A DNA stretch of 64,000 nucleotides from Octopus vulgaris. Taxonomy: Eukaryota. Under the pieces are notes generated by a model. It was not told the origin of the DNA, searched no databases, and was given only the letters and a program-made list of their open reading frames with translations. Location of the stretch: the NCBI GenBank assembly GCA_951406725.2, contig OX597818.1, positions 119,784,001 through 119,848,000 of the forward strand. Direction: 5' to 3'. Below are positions 56,731 through 64,000 of this stretch, piece after piece (position 1 is the first letter of the stretch; each line of letters begins with the position of its first letter). The translations under genes were made by a program, and so were the position numbers.

Positions 56731-57057
56731 ACACACACACGTACACACATACATAGGCGCAGGCAAGGCTGTGTGGTAAGAAGCTTGCTTCCCAACCACA
56801 TGGTTCCGGGTTCAGTCCCTTTGCATGGCACCTTGGGCAAGTGTCTTCTACTATAGCCTCGGGTCAACTAAAGCCTTGTGAGTGGATCTGGCAAACGGAA
56901 ACTGAAAATGCCTGGGCACTCAAAACGTCGATTGAAACAACACGTTGTAGATCCTTTACATCAGAGGTTCTCAAACTTTTGGGGTCACCGCCCCTCTCCC
57001 CGTATAGCCACATAATACTCTCAGCGCCCCACCCTTATTTTTATGCATAAATAAATA

Positions 57058-57270
57058 CTCTCTCTTTTACTCTTTTACTTGTTTCAGTCATTTGACTGCG
57101 GCCATGCTGGAGCACCGCCTTTAGTCGAGCAAATCGACCCCGGGACTTATTCTTTGTAAGCCCAGTACTTATTCTATCGGTCTCTTTTGCCGAACCGCTA
57201 AGTGACGGGAACGTAAACACACCAGCATCGGTTGTCAAGCAATGCCAGGGAGACAAACACAGACATACAA

Positions 57271-57333
<63 letters not shown>

Positions 57334-57498
57334 TACGACAGGCTTCTTTCAGTTTCCGTCTACCAAATCCACTCACAAGGCATTGGTCGGCCCGGGGCTA
57401 TAGCAGAAGACATTCGCCCAAGATGCCACGCAGTGGGACTGAACCCGGAACCATGTGGTTGGTTAGCAAGCTACTTACCACACAGCCACTCCTGCACC
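57058..57498 (-). mobile_element. SINE family A nested in the hAT MITE
   Basis: Full length, reverse orientation. Confidence 0.9.
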
Positions 57499-57574
57499 TT
57501 AATTTATATTTACTATGAATCATTTGATATTCAATATAATATTACATAATTTGTACACAGTACTATATAGATTT

Positions 57575-57858
57575 TTTATTTATGCGCCCTTTTCAAGCCT
57601 AGCCAGGCTCATGGACCCGGTTTCTAAGGCGTATGTGTTCCCCCCAGCTGGACGGGACGCCAGTCCATCGTAGCATTACTCAAGAAACAGGAAGAAAGAG
57701 TGAGAGAAAGTTGGGGCGAAAGAGTACAACAGGGGTCGTCACCACCCTCTGCCGGAGCCTCGTGGGGCTTTAGGTGTTTTCGCTCAATAAACACACACAA
57801 CGCCCGTTCTAGGAATTGAAACCACGATCCGCCGACCGCGTGTCCGCTGCCCTAACCA
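57575..57858 (-). mobile_element. SINE family B, tail 5 (related to tail 3)
   Basis: B head, then ctacgatggactggcgtcccgtccag..gaaaccgggtccatgagcctggctaggcttgaaaagggcgc. Confidence 0.8.
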
Positions 57859-58435
57859 TACAAAACTATAATAATATTTGTAATAAATTCATAGCTTCCC
57901 CCAAACTACTTCCTACCTCACAACAACTCCTTTCTCTCTACCGCTCTCTTAGGCACCAGCGCCCATCTTGACCGTCTCAACACCCACCGGGTGGGGAGGT
58001 AGCGCCCACTTTGAGAATCTTTGAGAATCTATGATTTACATGAACTCCATGGTGCAATAGAGAATAAGAAATAAGAGTGGAAAGATTGAAAGAGAATTAA
58101 TGGGAAACTATTAAAATTACAGTACAGTCCAGTTTTTTTTTTACTATCAGATTACAGAAAGAAGAGCCGGCCCTAATTTATGAAAATAAAATGTGTGCGT
58201 GAGTCCCTGTGTGGTGCGTGTGCATATACGTGTGTGCTTGTACATGTGCGTGTGTGTGTGTGTGTGTGTGTGCATGTGTTTAAGTGTGCACGCATGCGTA
58301 AAAATAACGGCTTAGGAGTTATGTGTAAATTCTAAAGAAATTAATAAAACTGCAAAGCTCCACATGAATAAAGCATCCGGCTACATTATTTATGTTCTTA
58401 GTTGATAACTATTACATGTTGCTGCTGCTGTTCCG

Positions 58436-58484
<49 letters not shown>

Positions 58485-58847
58485 ATTTGTTTCGTTATTT
58501 TATGCCATGCTTTTTGTCATATAATTCCCCAAGTGATGCCATTTTGCCTCGAAACACCCATTACAGATGACAGACATGCTACTGCTGTTCCCCAACCCGA
58601 GCATCGCAGAGTTGAGTGAAGAAGAGAGTGTGGTCGACAGAGAGAAGAGAGAAAGAAAGAAAGAAAGAAAGAAATAAGCAAACAAACAAAAGCGGGAAAG
58701 GTTTGGAGGGCGTCAAGATGGAGGAACCCACTTGGACAGTGAGAGTCCAGTCGTAAATTAAGCATGGAAAATTACCAATCATCACTATTTATATGAAGCA
58801 ATAACAACATGTAATAATGGTAATAATAAACAGAAAATGAAGCAGAC

Positions 58848-58904
<57 letters not shown>

Positions 58905-58908
<4 letters not shown>

Positions 58909-59087
58909 CATACAGAAAATTGCACTACTAAGCACTGCACACATCCTACGCAGAACACTTTCCATACAATAACCATCAGAGCATCACAACAAATCACAGC
59001 ACATACCCAAGGCACACAGAGCTGCGCTCGGTAGTGAAGTGAAAGCACGCTATAAAAAATAAAACTACTGAATAATAATAATAATAA
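58905..59087 (+). mobile_element. Dong/R4-like 3' end inserted in (TAA)n
   Basis: NIQKIALLSTAHILRRTLSIQ* plus 3' UTR, TAA repeats on both sides; a further fragment WQLRESNIEVIPIVIGALGSI at about 59120-59183. Confidence 0.75.
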
Positions 59088-59429
59088 TCTTTTCTACTAT
59101 AAGCACAAGACCTGAAATGTGGCAGCTACGAGAGTCGAACATAGAGGTTATCCCTATTGTCATAGGGGCATTGGGTTCAATACGCAGAAATGCATCGCCT
59201 ACGGCCATTTTTTTGGGAGGTTTGATGGAGAAGCTGAGGTAAGAAATCACAAATGCTGGGTTGATACGTGAGGAAACAGTGCAGCCGCAAATATCAAGTT
59301 TCTATAAAACTAGGGGCCCTATCTGCGTCCAACAGAATGTTACTCTTCTAAACCAAGGGGCGGATTAAATCTCTTACCGAGTAAGTATTGTCGAATTTAC
59401 GAGGTTTGCTTCTCAATATCTGTCTACCC

Positions 59430-59560
59430 CAGTGGTTCTCAACTGAGGTCCACACGACCCTTAGGGGTTTATATAAGATTTTTATATTAAAATTTATGTG
59501 CAATAAGCGCAATAAACTGATACTATACAAAAACTATTTTAACTTTTTAGACAATACAAT
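59430..59560 (+). mobile_element. hAT-MITE-like left end
   Basis: Starts cagtggttctcaac, a typical hAT TIR; the partner TIR was not found. Confidence 0.4.
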
Positions 59561-59667
59561 AGGCGTAGGAGTGGTTGCGTGGTAAGTAGCTTGCTTACGA
59601 ATAACATCAGCAAAAAGAATCCCAGAACAGAGTACCCCATTAGTCAAATAAAGGGTTGGGTTCGAAG

Positions 59668-59712
59668 ATACCTGATGGAGGCTGGAGAGTACATCAGGCG
59701 AAATATTGTGGT
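59668..59712 (+). ncRNA. Degenerate hammerhead motif
   Basis: ATAC-CTGATGG-a-GGCTG(gagagtacat)CAGGC-GAAA-TA-TT-GTG. Same layout as family D (extra A before stem II) but different sequence. Confidence 0.45.
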
Positions 59713-60527
59713 AACAACAAACATGATGAGGACACCTATCCGACCAATGTAAATATTTTTAGACAATTCCTAATAATATTTAATTATAAAAATAAAATGG
59801 AACTTTTTAAATCATTGAATGGCTATGCAGGGCCAGTTAAGTAAAATATGAACCAGAGGGGTCCAAAGACAAAAAAGGGCTTCTCTTTTTTTATTTTTTT
59901 ATTTTTACCGAAACATGGGTCAAGAAGAGGGTTCACGAAAGTAAAAGATGCATTTTCCCAATAAAACGCGCAACAGAATCGAATCCAGAATCACATTTCC
60001 AACGCAAATTTCTTAAGAATACACCAATGCATACACCGACAAAATAAATACAACAGAGTCGGTCTGACTTGCTGAATAGAAGAAAGTTTCCGGAAAAGGA
60101 AAGTGAAAGTAATTGCAGTTAATGAATGGATGAAACTTGGAAATATGACGGAAAACGTTTAAAATGGGAGTCGTGTCTTTATAATAGGGAGAAAGAGGGA
60201 AAGAGAAATTCGAGTCGAACAAGAGATTCTTTCCCACGCTGCTTTTCCATGATCTTCCAAATCCTACTTAATCTTCTTTGTGGAAAAGTAACTCATCATA
60301 AAGTATTTTGTTATCTTTCCATTGCTGAAATAAATTGTTTTGCAGCTTTGAACGTAACATCAATATAACTATGGAGACACACAGAAGAATGCACAACGTA
60401 CAGATATACACACAACTATATGTGTATGCGCGCGGGTGTTATACATAGATATAATAGACATAGATGTGTGTATATGCATATATATATATATATTATATAT
60501 AGATGTATAAATATAAATAATATATAT

Positions 60528-60903
60528 AGGAGTGGCTGTGCGATAAGTAGCTTGTTTACCAACCACATGGTCCCAAGTACAGTCCAACTGCGTGGCACAT
60601 TGGGCAAGTGTCTTCTACTATAACCTCGGGCTGACCAAAGCCTTGTGAGTGGATTTGGTAGACATAAACTAAAAGAAGCCTGTCGTATGTGTGTGTGTGT
60701 GTGTGTGTTTGTCCCCACGCCACTATCGTTTGACACTCTATGTTGGTGTGTTTACGTCCCTGTAACCTAGCGGTTCGGCAAAAGAGACCGAGTGACGAAG
60801 TACTGGGCTTACAAAAAATAAGTCCTGGGGTCGATTTCTTTGACTAAAGGCGGTGCTCCAGCATGGCCGCAATCAAATGGTTGAAACAAATAAAATAAAA
60901 GAA
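60528..60903 (+). mobile_element. SINE family A
   Basis: Nearly full length. Confidence 0.9.
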
Positions 60904-60914
60904 TATATATACAT

Positions 60915-60970
<56 letters not shown>

Positions 60971-61194
60971 GAGAGAGTGAGATTATACATATATAAATAT
61001 ATATTTTATATATATACATGTGTACATGTTTAATAGAGATTGTTGTTCTTGTTGGATGAGCTTTCACGTCGACACGTAAAATGTTTGTTGTTGATGGAAT
61101 TTGTTTTTGTTTTTGCAAGCATTTCGTTATATGAGGACCCCCTCTTCACTATGATAAGAGGGTGACTGTATGTGTGGGCCCTCTTAAAACAAAA

Positions 61195-62935
61195 ATTTCT
61201 TCCATAATTTCAAGATTTTGCGCCAGTTCTTAGCCAAGATGCTGGCGCCTGTCATGGCCGATCTGGTTTTGTCGGAGACGTTCAGACATGTGCCATGTCG
61301 AACAGCTTTATCTATGACAATCTCCACCTCACACTATATATCATAGAAATTGTAGGCCAGGAACCTAGCAACGGTCGATCCCTGATCAGTTGAAAGCTTC
61401 TTATAGGGTCCATTATCAATACAGTGCAGCTGCCCTCAAAGAGGCTAATTTCGAGCCTGTCTTCAGAAACTAGATCACTACAACATACAGCGACATTTGC
61501 TCAGGTACTCAGAGTAAATAGACACCAGTCGGTACCATTCACTATCATGTGCTAGGCCTACCAAAGGTGTCTCCTCTCTCTCTCTCTCTCTCTCTGTACG
61601 TACTGACCCTAGAGTCACTGCTGTAGACATTGGAGATATCCAGAGACATCCCGCGGTGACCAGGAGTGCGGAAGACCCGTGTTTGCATAAACGGGCAAGC
61701 ATAATAGTGCCAGAGAGCAAAATCATCGAGATGACCTAAGCTGCTTTGGGGGGATACAAGGGGGCGACATGAGCAATAATTAACCAAGATGAGTTGTCAG
61801 GCCTGCAGCTTGGCGCCTGGTGAGCCAAATCCATGCATCTAACAGCCTCAAGAGACGCTGGACGGACGGACCGGTTAATTTGCTCGGGGTTTGGTTTGGT
61901 TTGGTTAAATCCTGATCGCCATGTGGACAAGAACTGGGGAAAGATGACGAGCAGGGTGGCTAGTCTAACCCAGAAATACATCGAGAGGAAATTATTTGTG
62001 GAAATTCGAGTGGCGATGGCGAATGCCTGCATCACATTGGTCATCTGCTACCGCTTGACTCTTGTGCTCTGGAACGCTTGCTTTTCAGTTTCCTTATTTC
62101 TTTACTGCCCACAAGGGGCTAAACATAGAGGGGACAAACAAGGACAAAAGGGTTAAGTCGATTACATCGACCCCAGTGCGTAACTGGTACTTAATTTATC
62201 GACCCCGAAAGGATGAAAGGCAAAGTCGACCTCGGCGGAATTTGAACTCAGAACGTAACAGCAGACGAAATACCTATTTCTTTATTACCCACAAGGGGCT
62301 AAACACAGAGGGGACAAACAAGGACAGACATAGGTATTAAGTCGATTACATCGACCCCAATGCGTAACTGGTACTTAATTTATCGACCCCGAAAGGATGA
62401 AAGGCAAAGTCGACCTCGGCGGAATTTGAACTCAGAACGTAACAGCAGACGAAATACCGTTAACCATTTCGCCCAGCGTGCTAACGTTTCTGCCAGCTTG
62501 CCGCCTTATTTTCAGTTATCTGTAGAGGGGGCGGGTTCCACTGGTCAAACGGTCTGTTTATCAGCAACATCCGCTGCGTGATGGGCTGGGCATGCCGTGG
62601 CTAATGCTGCGCAGACATTACGCTGAGGCTACATTTTCAGCGTCACCATAACGCTGAGCAAGTGTGGTCGCCGTCTGCCAGGCACACTTTTCCGCATCTC
62701 GTCTCTATCACGGAGCTGGAGTCCTGGATCAAGTGCAGGGCGCCTGACACCAAGAGTGCTGTCAAGTGCTCACAGCCCTTTGCCAGTCGAGCAATGCGGT
62801 CAATGGATATTCTGCCATGTGTTCTATAGAAGATTAGTGATAGGTAAGAGCGACTACATCCTCAGGAAAACTCTGAGCGTCGATGAAAATCAGTTAAATG
62901 GTCAATCGCAGTGGACTTTCGATCAGCTAAAATTT
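61195..62935 (+). mobile_element. Tx1/L1-clade LINE reverse-transcriptase remnant, interrupted by SINE C
   Basis: Frameshifted motifs FKIL..LAK..VQTCA, IYDNLHL..DQLKA..RV, PDRHVDKNWGKMTSRVASLTQK..AN..I..VICYRLT, ERLLFSYL*RGRVPLVKRS..HPLRDGLGMPWL. Confidence 0.85.
62095..62508 (-). mobile_element. SINE family C dimer inserted in the Tx1 LINE
   Basis: TSD ttttcagtt at 62082 and 62509; the Tx1 reading frame resumes after it. Confidence 0.9.
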
Positions 62936-63521
62936 TAAAGAAAGCATAAGCAACTGTATAACGAAACCCGCGTTTGTCCCATCTTCCCTAAACTGTATCT
63001 TTGTTCCTGGTGGTGTTTAACCCTAGGTCAATCCTGATGCAGAAGCCCTATCAAAGTATTCTAGCTGTGACCATCACGTTTTTATTCGGTTTAAGGCACT
63101 GTATAAGGCACTACCGACTGCATCGTTCATTGTATCCATTATTTCTAATACCGCAATGGCGGGATCTGTGAGCGATTCAGCTACTACTCCTAGCAAATCA
63201 AACAGCCATGGGGAAGCATCATTAATAGGCCTCATTGATGTGTTTCTTTATTCACACGTTCAACCATTGTTTTTCTTTTCTTTCTCCTTTACTCTTCATA
63301 GAACAATCATACAATCACCCATTTTTTTTTTTATTCCTTTCTTTTCTTTTTGTTTTGTTTCGTTTCCATCACCACCAACACCGCCATTCATCACCACACT
63401 AAATTCTTTTTTTTTTTGTTTTTGCCTTTTTGTTGTTTTTTATTCATCAAAAAAGAACAAAAAGAATCCATATAAGATATCTATGGATTTTGTGTATTCA
63501 TTTGGAAGCAGTACAAATGCA

Positions 63522-63572
<51 letters not shown>

Positions 63573-63751
63573 CATATATATATACATACATATATATAAA
63601 TATACATATATGTATGTATGTTTGTATGTATATATATAAATATATATATATATACATGTGTGTATGAGTTTACAGTTTATATCTACATCTATATACATAC
63701 ATATTTATACACACACACACAAACACACACACACATATATATATGTATATA

Positions 63752-63848
<97 letters not shown>

Positions 63849-64000
63849 AATATATTTTATATATATTTTCATATATATGTGTGTGTTACATTTTATATCT
63901 ACACCTATATACATACATATCTTTACACACACGCACACGTATCTATATATATATATTTATGTACGTAGACATTAAATGACGATGATGATAATGTATGTAT

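Larger units (their letters stand above)
56962..58033. mobile_element. Non-autonomous hAT element (MITE) with two nested SINEs
   Basis: TIRs cagaggttctcaaa / tttgagaatctatg; 8-bp TSD ctttacat (56954-56961) / atttacat (58034-58041). Confidence 0.75.

Overview
AT-rich, microsatellite-saturated eukaryotic DNA. It is most likely intergenic or intronic sequence from an octopus (coleoid cephalopod); this is inferred from recalled repeat families, not from a search. No intact host gene is recognisable, and almost all supplied ORFs are translations of (TA)n/(CA)n/(ATT)n/(GAA)n/(GATA)n tracts. The window is a mosaic of transposable elements: three tRNA-derived SINE families (my labels A, B, C; about 45 copies or fragments), decayed Dong/R4, Tx1/L1 and RTE LINE pieces, a Buster/Charlie-type hAT transposase remnant, hAT MITEs and two non-autonomous Helitrons. 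The most interesting signal is a set of at least 8 unrelated short elements, many abutting (TA)n tracts and often arranged as fold-back inverted repeats, that carry minimal type-I hammerhead-ribozyme motifs (stem I-CUGANGA-stem II-GAAA-palindromic stem III-UH-stem I). These include compensatory U3-A8 core variants and expanded stem II domains. One motif lies just downstream of a Penelope-like GIY-YIG endonuclease remnant (54241-54855, minus), tying the system to Penelope-like retroelements. Also notable: one SINE head carries five different 3' tails, and one SINE tail matches the 3' end of a Tx1 LINE in the same window. Coordinates were read by eye and may be off by a few bases; no folding or database search was run.
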